Of a stretch of 64,000 bases of DNA, positions 45,674 through 54,635 are shown piece after piece. The translations under genes were made by a program, and so were the position numbers. This stretch comes from Planctomycetota bacterium (lineage in GTDB: Bacteria > Planctomycetota > Brocadiia > Brocadiales > Bathyanammoxibiaceae): NCBI GenBank assembly GCA_016209685.1, contig JACQVQ010000008.1, forward strand, positions 129,778-193,777, read 5' to 3'. The notes under the pieces were generated by a model. It did not search any database and was not told where the DNA came from. It saw only the letters and a list, made by a program, of their open reading frames with translations. Each line of letters opens with the position of its first letter. The first letter of the stretch is position 1.

Positions 45674-48600
45674 TAAATATCCTTCTCTACGCCTGGATAG
45701 ACATCGTCAATAGCCTTCTGGACTTTAATGGTTTTCTGGAGTGTGGTGATAATCTTACAGTAATACTTTATATCATTAAGGGATAACCTTCTTCCTTTTC
45801 TAGCCTTTTTCCTATCCTTTAGCCATTTATCGCAGACTTGGTAGCCCCCGATTTGATATTGCCAGACTCCTTCTTCTAGCCCTTCAAAATATTGGTTTGG
45901 GTTTATATAGACCTTGTCTTTATCATATCTAACCTTTTCAACCACGTTATCCCCCTTACCTTGAAACTTGGCAACGGGTGGGTCAAGCTCAGGGGACTTT
46001 AATAGGTGTAAATCAACCAGTTTTTTCCCATATTCTCCCATCTTGCAGAAAAGCTTATAATCTTTCGTGAAGGGGATCCTTGGAAAATCAATCTTTAGAA
46101 ACTCGGCGTACTTTGTGCGGTAGGTATTGGAGTAGAGGACGGCATAGATGTAATGGAAGATTTGCTCAGGAGAAGGTGTCTTCTTAAAGGCTTTTGTTAG
46201 TTGTTCCATAAGTGCAGGGGAGAGGTTCGGCCTCTTTGCCCCATACTCTGCCTGTGACTCAAAGAGCATCATAATACCACCTGAAGATTTCTTTTTAGGG
46301 TTGTCCTTCTCTGGGTAGAGGTAGAGGGGGGCTTGTTGAATAATTCCTCTACTACTTAGGAATGTCCTATTGTCGACTATGTGTTCACTCACAAGAAAAT
46401 GGGTGTAATCTTCCTCTAATGAGACCTGTCTCATGAAGCAAATTGACAAGTTCTCCTGTACCATATGACGCATGACCTCTGGACGTGGTCTACAATGAAA
46501 CCCCCCTGAATTGCCAGTATAGTAGGTGTATCTTACGTCAAATGGTCTGTATAGAATTGGGACCATCTTTTTCCTGTCTAGGCCGCTTTCTTTCAAATCT
46601 TTTTGGGCTGTCTCTATGCTCCAGTCTTTTGAATCCTTGCCTAGATTATAAGCCCTTCGTGCTAACTCTTTATCAATCTTAGAAAAGTTTAATACTGTAG
46701 ACCAGACCTCATCAGGCGTCCACCTTATGGTCAGACTATCCCTTGCCGTAACTATTCCTACACTGTTTACGGGGAAGATGTCGGTTATCTTTAGATACTT
46801 CTCATAATTTTTTAAAAGTTTTTCGTCTCTCGGAATAAAGAGATAGAATTCAGATTTGGGTGACAGCGTTCGCCACTTGGTCGTTTCTATATCATGCTTC
46901 AGGAGCCAATTGTATTTCTTCTCCCACAACCCCCAAACCTCTGAATGATAAACCTTACACCCTTTCTTCGTACCCTGCCTCTTTATGAAAAGGGCAATAG
47001 CTACTCCCTGCTGTATATCAAAGACGTTCTCGTCTTTAGAACCATCAGGACATTTCTCCTTTTTCCGGGTGTTGCCGTGCAAATCAAGTAAATAAATCTC
47101 ATTAAAACTGTCCATCAGGGACTTTCGCATACCCCTAAAGGTGGGGTTATCAAGATAGCTATGGTTGGTGATGAATCCTAAAACCCCTTCCCCGGCCGTA
47201 TCTATCTTCCACTGGGCGAAACGGATAAACTTTACGTAATCGTCCTGAAGCCACTTGGGATTCTTTTCCCCTAAAGGCTTTCCATCAACCTGATAGTAAG
47301 CCCTACTCTCCTTTGATATCCATTCTCCCAGATTGTAGGAATGGCCTGAATAGGGCGGATTACCTAGTATGGCTAGTATAGGCTGTTCCTTTTTGATCTT
47401 TCCTGCCGAATGGGATTCCTCAGAGAGAGAGGCCATGCCGGGGAGTTCTGTCTGGGCCAGTTCTTCCATTTCTAACGTATTGGTTAGGTAGAGTTTGAAC
47501 CTGTCATCTTTCTGTAGTCTGTAGCCAAGTTCTTCCAGGAGGAAGGACATCTTCAGGTGGCCCACTGCGTAAGGGGCCATCATCAATTCAAAGGCATAGA
47601 AATTTTTGAGGATGTGCTCTTTTATGAGATTCTCTCTTCCGCCTTCACCATATTTGGAGCAGAATTCCTCCACTGCCAATTTGCTTGCCTCGGCCAGGAA
47701 GGTGAGGGTGCCGGCGGCTGGGTCTAGAACGGTAACCGAGGTACTCGCAAATCCGTTCTGCCTATCAAAACCCTCTTTCAAGACCTTATGCAAGGAGCGG
47801 ACGATATAGGAAACAACAGGTTCAGGCGTATAGTATACGCCCCTCTTCTCTCTAGTTGCCGGGTCGTATTCAGCCAGAAAGGTCTCATAGAAGTGGATGA
47901 TAGGGTCTTTGCCCATCCCTTCGTGAAAATATTTATGGAGGATATTTTTTACATCGGTAATTGCTAAGACCTCTGAGATGTCATCAGTAATCCACTCCAT
48001 CTGCTGGGGTAGTTCGCCAAGTGAAATGAATTGGAAAACATCCCTTAAAATGCCTATAGTAGGTGGAATTTTGTTGTATGCGAGTTTTCTATTGAACCCA
48101 TTCTCAGAGCGGGTACGTGCGGCAAAGAGTCCGTATGTAACGGTCTGTGAGTAGAGGTCGGCAAAGTCCTCCCCAGAGAGGTCGCTTATAAGATATTGTT
48201 TGAATGCCTGATAGAACCCCAGGATAAACCCTTTCCCTGCCTTTTCTTCTTCCTTCAGTTCCTGTGCAACGACCTCGTCCTTCAAGAAGCGTGTCCGCTT
48301 TGCCAGTTCTACCGCCAGGGTCTTTGCGTCGTAGACCCTGGGCAGGGAGAAGGAAAAGAATTTTTCTAGTAGTTTAAGAAAATTTGACTCTTTTTCTGCC
48401 GGCGGGACGGTTTTAAGCTGATGGGCAATAAAAGGTCTACCAACAAGGACTTTATCTATTAATATGCCGTTGCGATAAAGCCTGAATTCAAAGAAGTTGG
48501 TCAGTATCAGGTTGGGGAAGGTGTGCAGGTAGCGTTTCAGCTGGCCCGTAGTTTCTATCTGGTCTAAATACTCTGTGGTGGGGCTTTTGGCCTCAACATA

Positions 48601-48810
48601 GCCAACTATATGCTGTTTCCCGTCCCACACCCTGAAATCGGGGTTACCTGCCTCTGTCTTCTTTGGGAGGGTGGTTACATGTATGTCTTGTTTGTTTACT
48701 GATTTTGCATATTCTTCCAACAGTTCTTTGAGAATGGGGTAATAACTTTCCTCCCTGGCATCCCCCTGGCTGGCAACCTCAGATATTTCTTTTAGATATG
48801 GTTTTAACAC
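45673..48810 (-). CDS. Single-polypeptide type IIG-like restriction-modification enzyme (PD-ExK nuclease, gamma-class N6-adenine methylase, specificity region)
   Basis: N-terminal PDFRVW...GYVEAKSP (PD...ExK). Motif I VLDPAAGTLTF. Motif IV GNPPYSG. C-terminal FHYIYAVLYSNTYRTKYAEFLKIDFPRIP. AT-rich. Confidence 0.75.
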   Translation of the reverse strand: MLKPYLKEISEVASQGDAREESYYPILKELLEEYAKSVNKQDIHVTTLPKKTEAGNPDFRVWDGKQHIVGYVEAKSPTTEYLDQIETTGQLKRYLHTFPNLILTNFFEFRLYRNGILIDKVLVGRPFIAHQLKTVPPAEKESNFLKLLEKFFSFSLPRVYDAKTLAVELAKRTRFLKDEVVAQELKEEEKAGKGFILGFYQAFKQYLISDLSGEDFADLYSQTVTYGLFAARTRSENGFNRKLAYNKIPPTIGILRDVFQFISLGELPQQMEWITDDISEVLAITDVKNILHKYFHEGMGKDPIIHFYETFLAEYDPATREKRGVYYTPEPVVSYIVRSLHKVLKEGFDRQNGFASTSVTVLDPAAGTLTFLAEASKLAVEEFCSKYGEGGRENLIKEHILKNFYAFELMMAPYAVGHLKMSFLLEELGYRLQKDDRFKLYLTNTLEMEELAQTELPGMASLSEESHSAGKIKKEQPILAILGNPPYSGHSYNLGEWISKESRAYYQVDGKPLGEKNPKWLQDDYVKFIRFAQWKIDTAGEGVLGFITNHSYLDNPTFRGMRKSLMDSFNEIYLLDLHGNTRKKEKCPDGSKDENVFDIQQGVAIALFIKRQGTKKGCKVYHSEVWGLWEKKYNWLLKHDIETTKWRTLSPKSEFYLFIPRDEKLLKNYEKYLKITDIFPVNSVGIVTARDSLTIRWTPDEVWSTVLNFSKIDKELARRAYNLGKDSKDWSIETAQKDLKESGLDRKKMVPILYRPFDVRYTYYTGNSGGFHCRPRPEVMRHMVQENLSICFMRQVSLEEDYTHFLVSEHIVDNRTFLSSRGIIQQAPLYLYPEKDNPKKKSSGGIMMLFESQAEYGAKRPNLSPALMEQLTKAFKKTPSPEQIFHYIYAVLYSNTYRTKYAEFLKIDFPRIPFTKDYKLFCKMGEYGKKLVDLHLLKSPELDPPVAKFQGKGDNVVEKVRYDKDKVYINPNQYFEGLEEGVWQYQIGGYQVCDKWLKDRKKARKGRRLSLNDIKYYCKIITTLQKTIKVQKAIDDVYPGVEKDI

Positions 48811-48991
48811 TGCCTAACCTGAGAATTTCATCACCCTTTCCGCTTGACCTTTATATATCAGATTCTATAGCTTTTTTCTACAGCCCAATTTGCCCACCCT
48901 TGACGGCTGGTAACATTTTTGTTAAACTTTTTGTGTGTCTAAAAACAGTTGCTCATCTTACTGGAAGCCTTCCACGCCAAAGCCGCTAGAG

Positions 48992-49096
48992 GTGAAGTGT
49001 CCTAAGTGTGGCAAGGTGGAAGAGATATGGAGCGATGAGGAGGCCACCTGTCAGTGTGGCACTACCCTTAATAGAACGCTCGTCCAGGAAGATTAA
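48992..49096 (+). CDS. Possible 34-aa zinc-ribbon ORF paralogous to the N-terminus of the next gene
   Basis: (V)KCPKCGKVEEIWSDEEATCQCGTTL versus RCPKCGRTVEMFGDEEKTECKCGNTV in the 49128 ORF. GTG start; an upstream GTG at 48935 is also possible. Confidence 0.3.
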   Translation: MKCPKCGKVEEIWSDEEATCQCGTTLNRTLVQED

Positions 49097-49127
49097 CAAG
49101 AAAATCCCGTAGACCAGAGGATATATT

Positions 49128-49442
49128 ATGGGAAAGGTCAGATGCCCAGGCAGTCTTAAAACCACTGCTCCCACCATTGTGGAGAGGAGATGCCCCAAGT
49201 GTGGCAGGACGGTGGAGATGTTTGGCGATGAGGAGAAGACCGAATGCAAGTGCGGTAACACCGTCTTCAAGGACAGGATACCCACCTGTGTGGAATGGTG
49301 CAAGGCCGCCGAGGAGTGCCTGGGGGACGTTATAGACGTAAAGAAGATTAAAGAAGAGGCCAAAAAGAGGGCCGAAAAGGAAGGGGACCCCCAGTTTGTC
49401 TCCAAGCTGGGAGAACTCTTTAAGAAGAAACAACAGGATTGA
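49128..49442 (+). CDS. Zinc-ribbon protein with a lysine-rich C-terminal tail
   Basis: CPKC...CKC plus CVEWC. 104 aa. Confidence 0.5.
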   Translation: MGKVRCPGSLKTTAPTIVERRCPKCGRTVEMFGDEEKTECKCGNTVFKDRIPTCVEWCKAAEECLGDVIDVKKIKEEAKKRAEKEGDPQFVSKLGELFKKKQQD

Positions 49443-50532
49443 TGTAGCCGCAGGCTTTAGCCTGCGTATAGAGGATACAATAGGCCCCCCAATACCTCAA
49501 CAAATAAGTAATATATTAGTAATTCGCCCGGGTGCCCTGGGCGATTTCGTTCTGACCCTGCCCGTCTTTGCCTATCTCAGGAGGAAGTTCCCACAGGCCC
49601 GCATAGAAGTCATGGGCTATCCCTCCATTGCCGAGATGATAGTGGGAAGATATTATGCAGACGGGTTCGCCCGTTTCGACCAGCCTGAGGTGTCCTATCT
49701 CTTTCTGAACGACCTCCCACTGCCTGAATGCCTTGAAAAATATCTCTCCAGGTTTGATATGATTATCTCTTTCCTGCATGAAAGGGTCTTTATGGAAAAT
49801 CTCAGACGGGTAACCACTGGCTGCGTGCTGTCTCAGAACCCCCTGCCCAAGCCCAACGGGACTACCCATGCCGTTGAACACCTCTTGTCCGCCGTGGGCG
49901 GATGGGGAGAGGCAACTGCTGAAGAAAAGACCCCAAGGGTCTTCCTTAAGGGAGAGGATAGAGGATGGGCCTCGGATTTTTTGGACAAACACCTTAACCA
50001 TTCCGCCCCAATAGTGGCCATGCACCTGGGCAGCGGTGGACGCAAGAAGTGCTGGCCGGTAGAGGGTTTCATCTGTCTGGCCTTCTACCTCAGGAAAGAG
50101 TTAGGGGCCCAACTGCTCCTGGTCTCTGGCCCTGCCGACGAGGAGGTAACGGGCTACTTCTTAAATTATACTCAACCAAGACCTCCACTACTCCATAACC
50201 TCCCCCTACCCAAACTAGCGGCCGTACTGGAGAGGTGCGACCTCTTCATAGGAAACGATTCTGGCGTAACACACCTTGCGGCGGCCACGGGTGTGGCTAC
50301 CCTGGCCCTCTTCGGCCCCACAAGTCCAGCAGTCTGGGGGCCCAGGGGTGAGAGGGTAAGGATCGTTCAAGGTAATCCACCTCAGGCGGATTGTTCTCCC
50401 TGCAGTCCGGAGGAGCGGGGTCGCTGTCAGCGGCCTGCTTGTATGGAGGTTATCACTGTAGGGCAGATAATCAGGACGGCAGAGGAGGTCTTGGGGACTG
50501 CCTGCCCTAACAGTCCGTGTCATTCTGAGTGA
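49396..50532 (+). CDS. Glycosyltransferase family 9 (heptosyltransferase-like)
   Basis: ILVIRPGALGDFVLTLP and GNDSGVTHLAAA. The true start is probably downstream of the REP hairpin at 49444-49467. The last 6 codons and the stop lie in a MITE fragment. Confidence 0.8.
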   Translation: MSPSWENSLRRNNRIDVAAGFSLRIEDTIGPPIPQQISNILVIRPGALGDFVLTLPVFAYLRRKFPQARIEVMGYPSIAEMIVGRYYADGFARFDQPEVSYLFLNDLPLPECLEKYLSRFDMIISFLHERVFMENLRRVTTGCVLSQNPLPKPNGTTHAVEHLLSAVGGWGEATAEEKTPRVFLKGEDRGWASDFLDKHLNHSAPIVAMHLGSGGRKKCWPVEGFICLAFYLRKELGAQLLLVSGPADEEVTGYFLNYTQPRPPLLHNLPLPKLAAVLERCDLFIGNDSGVTHLAAATGVATLALFGPTSPAVWGPRGERVRIVQGNPPQADCSPCSPEERGRCQRPACMEVITVGQIIRTAEEVLGTACPNSPCHSE

Positions 50533-50639
50533 GCCGAAGCCCTGAGCGTAGCGAAGGGGTAGCGAAGAATCTAGTTAGAGATTCTTAGGTCGTTTCACTC
50601 ACTCGGAATGACATCTGTTCGGAATTCTTCAGAGGTTTC
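50518..50639. mobile_element. MITE fragment lacking the left TIR
   Basis: TGTCATTCTGAGTGAGCCGAAGC...GGAATGACATCTG...TTCTTCAGAGGTTTC. Confidence 0.7.
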
Positions 50640-50817
50640 AAAATGAACGTAGATACTAGTTTATAAACCATCCCCACCGCTAGTCCCAATAGGACGCTAT
50701 CCGCTACGATGAGGGAGACGTTCTGCTCAGGTATGTACCTGGAATAAAACACCGCCGCCAGGGCGTAAGAGACAAGGGCTAGGGCAAGGAGGATGAGTGG
50801 CACGGGGTGAGCCTAAA

Positions 50818-51289
50818 TCAGATTTCATCTAAGATTTTCTTAATCAAAGGTTTTAATTGGGGTATCCTTTCTTTAATAGCTGTCCAGACTAATCTATAAT
50901 TTACTCCGAAGTAGATGTGAATCAGCTTGTCTCTCATCCCTGCCATTTCCTTCCAGGGGATTTGTGTGTATTTTTGTTTTATACCTTCTGGAACGTTCTT
51001 TGAGGCCTCCCCGATAATCTCAAATTTCTTTACGACTGCGCTTGAGGTCTTATCGTCTTCTTTAAATTTTTCAAAACTCGAGACCTCTGAAAAAGTCTAC
51101 ACAACACTACTTGTCATTCTGAGCGAAGCGAAGAATCTGGTCTTTTAGGAGATTCTTCGGTCGCTTCGCTCCCTCAGAATGACATGGGAGCAGGGTTTTT
51201 CAGAGGTCTCAACTCATATCTTCCACAAATTTTTCTATTCTCTCCATAGCATCCAGGATGTCTTTTAGATAAAGTTTGTAGTCTCTCAT
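50818..51289 (-). pseudogene. hepT: HepT (DUF86 HEPN toxin) gene interrupted by a MITE
   Basis: Own translation: MRDYKLYLKDILDAMERIEKFVEDMS, then the MITE (creating a TGA), then, after removal of the MITE and one TSD copy, an in-frame FEKFKEDDKTSSAVVKKFEIIGEASKN...MRDKLIHIYFGVNY...ILDEI* (Rx4HxY motif). ATGA overlap with mntA. Confidence 0.85.
51080..51210. mobile_element. MITE, 131-bp copy, TSD AACTC, inserted in hepT
   Basis: GAGACCTCTGAAAAAGTC...GGTTTTTCAGAGGTCTC. AACTC flanks it at 51075-51079 and 51211-51215. Confidence 0.9.
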
Positions 51290-51579
51290 AGATAGACTAC
51301 CTCTTTTAATACAGATTCTTTAATTTCTTTTCTCAAATCCTCTTTTGGCACTACGTCTACCTTTTGATTAAACCTTTCCTCTAAGAATAGGGCCAACCCC
51401 ACAAGGTCAAAAATGTCAGCACCATCTTCAAAGTCCACAAGAATATCTATGTCACTCGTTTCCTTTTGTTCCTTTCTTATGACAGAACCAAAAATGCCTA
51501 TCTCTTTCGCCTTAAAGCTGGCTTTAATTTCCTTTTTTAACTGCTCTAGCGTTCTTAATATCTCTTCCTTTGTCTTCAT
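51286..51579 (-). CDS. mntA: MntA-type minimal nucleotidyltransferase antitoxin
   Basis: GIFGSVIRKEQKETSDIDILVDF (GSx10DxD). 97 aa. Confidence 0.85.
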   Translation of the reverse strand: MKTKEEILRTLEQLKKEIKASFKAKEIGIFGSVIRKEQKETSDIDILVDFEDGADIFDLVGLALFLEERFNQKVDVVPKEDLRKEIKESVLKEVVYL

Positions 51580-51633
51580 GGCTCATTTGTCCTTAACTTG
51601 TCATTTTTAAAGGCGTCCAGAAGGATAAGCCAA

Positions 51634-51706
51634 GTAGGGTGCGTGGTAACGCACCATTTTCATTCATTTCCTATTTTTCAAGACGGTGCGTAAAAACGCA
51701 CCCTAC
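51634..51706. mobile_element. Second small palindromic element family (73 bp): GTAGGGTGCGTGGTAACGCACC ... GGTGCGTAAAAACGCACCCTAC
   Basis: Each end is itself a GTAG-headed hairpin. A 114-bp relative lies at 63373-63486. Confidence 0.75.
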
Positions 51707-51752
51707 ATTTTCTTATAAATCTCAAATGGCAACTGGTAATAGTCAATACGAT

Positions 51753-51922
51753 GAGATCTCTGAAAAATTCCACTCGCTTGTCATTCCTTCGGCTTCGCTC
51801 AGGACGGCGTCTGAGAGAGTGAAACGACCGAAAATCTCTTAAAAGACTAGATTCTTCGCTTCCCCTTCGCTGCGCTCAGGGCTTTGGCTTACTCAGAATG
51901 ACAGGCACTACGAAAGAGGCCC
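51753..51922. mobile_element. Degenerate composite MITE copy
   Basis: GAGATCTCTGAAAAATTCC...GTCATTCC...CAGAATGACAGG...AAAGAGGCCC. The right end is diverged and no clear TSD remains. Confidence 0.6.
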
Positions 51923-51942
51923 TTGGTGAGCCTTCAACATTA

Positions 51943-52692
51943 CTATCCACTGAATAGCTCCCCTTCTATAAGTTTCATACATTTATTAACATAGAACATA
52001 TCGGGTTCGTGCTTATGAGGTCGGACTCTAATTTCAAATTGGGGATCATCTGCATTAGTATTGTCAAATAAAACCAATCCTATCCCAAAAATTAGACTTA
52101 AGGGGTCCAGTCTTGAAATGTCTTCCTGGGACGAATCTTTTGGAACTACTATATAGGATTTATGGCTGAACAGCTTATACGAGCAAGCTTGTCCAAATGC
52201 CGTAATTAAGTCTCTCGAATCTGCTTTTATTTCCGCTGAAACAATTTCAGTAGGTGTTTTAACAATGTCGCTCCTGAGTGGTTCTCGCTTTCCAATAACG
52301 TCAGGGGTTCCCCATTTGTCTTTAAATTTATTTCCTCCTAAAGGGATGGCCTTAGTGCATTCTTCTAAGTCGTTGACAAGCCAATCTGCGAAAGGTTTGT
52401 AAAAATCTTCTTCCCTTATTATTTTCTTGGTCTTTGTAGGAGGTTCAAGTCCCTCTTCGCCGATTCTCTCTTCCTTAAATGACGGGTGCCGGGAAAGCCC
52501 CCGTGCAGGCCTATAAACCTCGCCAGGTACACGTGTCTCTAAATTCCAAACTGTTCCATTAATAGTATTGACAGGAATCTCTGGAAGTTCCGTGTGTATT
52601 TTTCTTACAAAGTCTGAGTAACGGAGGCCGGTAGGGCTAGATTTAAGTAATTCTATCGCCTTTGATATAATTTTCTCTCTACTCGTTGACAT
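51943..52692 (-). CDS. Orphan winged-helix plus PD-(D/E)xK nuclease-fold protein (Mrr-like architecture)
   Basis: N-terminal KAIELLKSSPTGLRYSDFVRKI (wHTH-like). C-terminal GTPDVIG...VSAEIKA...FGQACSY. AT-rich and flanked by MITE copies. Confidence 0.5.
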   Translation of the reverse strand: MSTSREKIISKAIELLKSSPTGLRYSDFVRKIHTELPEIPVNTINGTVWNLETRVPGEVYRPARGLSRHPSFKEERIGEEGLEPPTKTKKIIREEDFYKPFADWLVNDLEECTKAIPLGGNKFKDKWGTPDVIGKREPLRSDIVKTPTEIVSAEIKADSRDLITAFGQACSYKLFSHKSYIVVPKDSSQEDISRLDPLSLIFGIGLVLFDNTNADDPQFEIRVRPHKHEPDMFYVNKCMKLIEGELFSG

Positions 52693-52772
52693 ATGTTTAT
52701 TTCAATTGACCCAGTCTTTATAATAGTTGAGACTTAGTATATTTAAGCCAAAGGGCTTAATCAAGCCTATTC

Positions 52773-53522
52773 TCAACCCCTCCACAGGAAATCTACCCCT
52801 GTCAAAAACAACGCCACCAGAACGACCTTACGGAAGCTCTCCTGTGGGATGCTCTGGGCGATGCGGCGGCCTAGTAACGTGCCACTGTAGGCAATGACTA
52901 TCAATAGGGGGATGAGCCAGATGTCTTCACTGTGGGGGTTCACCACGCCCAGTGCAAGATAAGTGGGGATCCTGGTCAAATCGGCCATCAGGGCCAGTGA
53001 GGCGTTGGTGGCTATGTAGGCATCCCTGGGGAGGTTGAATGCCTGGAGGAACATCGTCCTGGGGGCGCCGCCTACGCCCAGGAGTCCAGAGATAAACCCC
53101 GTGCATGTCCCTCCCACCACCGCCACCCAGTCTTTGGCCTCCAGCGTCACCTTGGGGCTGAGGAAGGAACTCGCCGCAAACCCAATGAGAAATAGCCCGA
53201 AGAGGGACTTAAGGGTCTCGGAAGGTAGATACACCACCAACCATGCCCCTGCAAAGCAGGTAACTATCATAGGAAGGCCGTAGAGTGGTATGAGCCTCCA
53301 GGAGATGTCTCCCTTGAATATACTCACCCTGGAGAGGTTAGAGAAGAAGTGGAAGAAGGCCACCAGTACAATGGCCTGTTTTATGTCCAGGAAGTAGGCC
53401 GCCACAGGGGTAAGCAGTGTGGCCGAGCCGAAGCCCAGCACCGTTGCCATGGCCGCCACAAGAAAGGCAGAGATTAAGAACAGTGTCATCATAAAATTTA
53501 TCCTTTGGACATGATAAATCAT
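52773..53522 (-). CDS. TauE/SafE-family anion exporter-like membrane protein
   Basis: Two internally repeated 4-TM halves with GFGSATLLTPV and GVGGAPR motifs. The start may be Met11/12 (53492/53489). Confidence 0.7.
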   Translation of the reverse strand: MIYHVQRINFMMTLFLISAFLVAAMATVLGFGSATLLTPVAAYFLDIKQAIVLVAFFHFFSNLSRVSIFKGDISWRLIPLYGLPMIVTCFAGAWLVVYLPSETLKSLFGLFLIGFAASSFLSPKVTLEAKDWVAVVGGTCTGFISGLLGVGGAPRTMFLQAFNLPRDAYIATNASLALMADLTRIPTYLALGVVNPHSEDIWLIPLLIVIAYSGTLLGRRIAQSIPQESFRKVVLVALFLTGVDFLWRG

Positions 53523-53588
53523 GCCCCAATATTGGTACTCTTTTATTATAAGAAATAATCTGTTATTATCCTACTGCAGAACCAGATG

Positions 53589-53719
53589 GAGACTTCTGCA
53601 AAACCCCACGCACTTGTCATTCTGAGGGAGCGAAGCGACCGAAGAATCTCTTAAAGGAATAGATTCTTCGCTTCGCTCAGAATGACAGATAGTGTCATTA
53701 CGACTTTTTCAGAGTTCTC
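53589..53719. mobile_element. MITE, 131-bp copy, TSD AGATG
   Basis: GAGACTTCTGCAAAA...CTTTTTCAGAGTTCTC. AGATG flanks it at 53584-53588 and 53720-53724. Confidence 0.88.
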
Positions 53720-53757
53720 AGATGGGATAGTTCAGGAAAGTCGGGCATTTCCATACA

Positions 53758-54264
53758 ATGACTATAATACCTTCAAGAATCGGGTGGCTCCCGCTTCCCC
53801 CCTTCCTGGTAGGTGGCGTCTTCCCCTACCTTGCAACCTACTTAGACGTACTCCTGCCCACCCCCCCTTTTGGGCAGTGGCGGTGGCTGGGGGTGGCCCC
53901 TTTCCTTATGGGTTTTACGCTGGCCTTCGTTAGTGCACGTCTAATTTATGCCTCCCAACAGTGGAACAAACAACCCACCCCTCTGGGCGTACCAAAGAGA
54001 CTGGTACTTGTGGGGCCTTACCGCCATGTCCGTAACCCTATGTTTTTGGGTATGTTACAAATAGTGCTGGGCGAAGGGTTATACTTCCAATCCCTTGCCA
54101 TCCTTGTCTACCTGGGTACCCTCTGCCTCTTTGGCCACTTTTTTATCATACTGGGAGAGGAAAGGAGGCTGGAGGGGCAGTTCGGAGAGGAATATGAGAG
54201 GTACAAACGAGAGGTGGGACGCTGGCTGCCGAGGTGGACGCCGTATAAAGGTGATTTATCTTGA
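53758..54264 (+). CDS. Isoprenylcysteine carboxyl / phospholipid methyltransferase-like membrane protein
   Basis: LVLVGPYRHVRNPMFLGMLQ...EERRLEGQFGEEYERYKREV. Confidence 0.75.
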   Translation: MTIIPSRIGWLPLPPFLVGGVFPYLATYLDVLLPTPPFGQWRWLGVAPFLMGFTLAFVSARLIYASQQWNKQPTPLGVPKRLVLVGPYRHVRNPMFLGMLQIVLGEGLYFQSLAILVYLGTLCLFGHFFIILGEERRLEGQFGEEYERYKREVGRWLPRWTPYKGDLS

Positions 54265-54366
54265 CTTGAATCTTGACTCAGTACATCATACTGAGGGTTT
54301 TTGTACTTTGATTCTTGTGCGTTGTGTTGTATGAACGATATTAAGACCTCTGCTGAAAAAGTAGGC

Positions 54367-54627
54367 ATGCCAGAGATAAGCAGATTTTATGGAATTATTA
54401 TCGCCATGTTTTACGACGACCACAATCCACCACACTTTCACGCACGATATGGAAGTTACAAGGTGGCAATAAAAATAAGGGATTTTGCGGTCTTAGAGGG
54501 ATATTTGCCACCCAAGGCCATGGGGCTTGTTATGGAATGGGCGGCTATCCACAAGGACGATCTCTTGCTAGATTGGGAAGCAGCGAAGGAGAAAAAACCC
54601 ATGCTTCCAATTGAACCGCTCAAATAG
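54367..54627 (+). CDS. DUF4160-family protein
   Basis: MPEISRFYGIIIAMFYDDHNPPHFHARYG. Start taken at ATG 54367 rather than the track's 54301. Confidence 0.75.
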   Translation: MPEISRFYGIIIAMFYDDHNPPHFHARYGSYKVAIKIRDFAVLEGYLPPKAMGLVMEWAAIHKDDLLLDWEAAKEKKPMLPIEPLK

Positions 54628-54635
54628 GGAGGTCA

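Noticed and set aside
50585-50803. 72-aa two-TM ORF on the minus strand
   Set aside because: GTG start, no recognisable RBS or family, and its last ~18 codons are MITE-fragment sequence. I cannot support it as a gene.
50927-51148. 73-aa plus-strand ORF
   Set aside because: It is antisense to the interrupted hepT gene and runs into the MITE. The minus-strand DUF86 reading is far more convincing.
53682-53933. 83-aa plus-strand ORF starting inside the 53589-53719 MITE
   Set aside because: It starts in repeat DNA and overlaps, out of frame, the well-supported ICMT-like gene (53758-54264).
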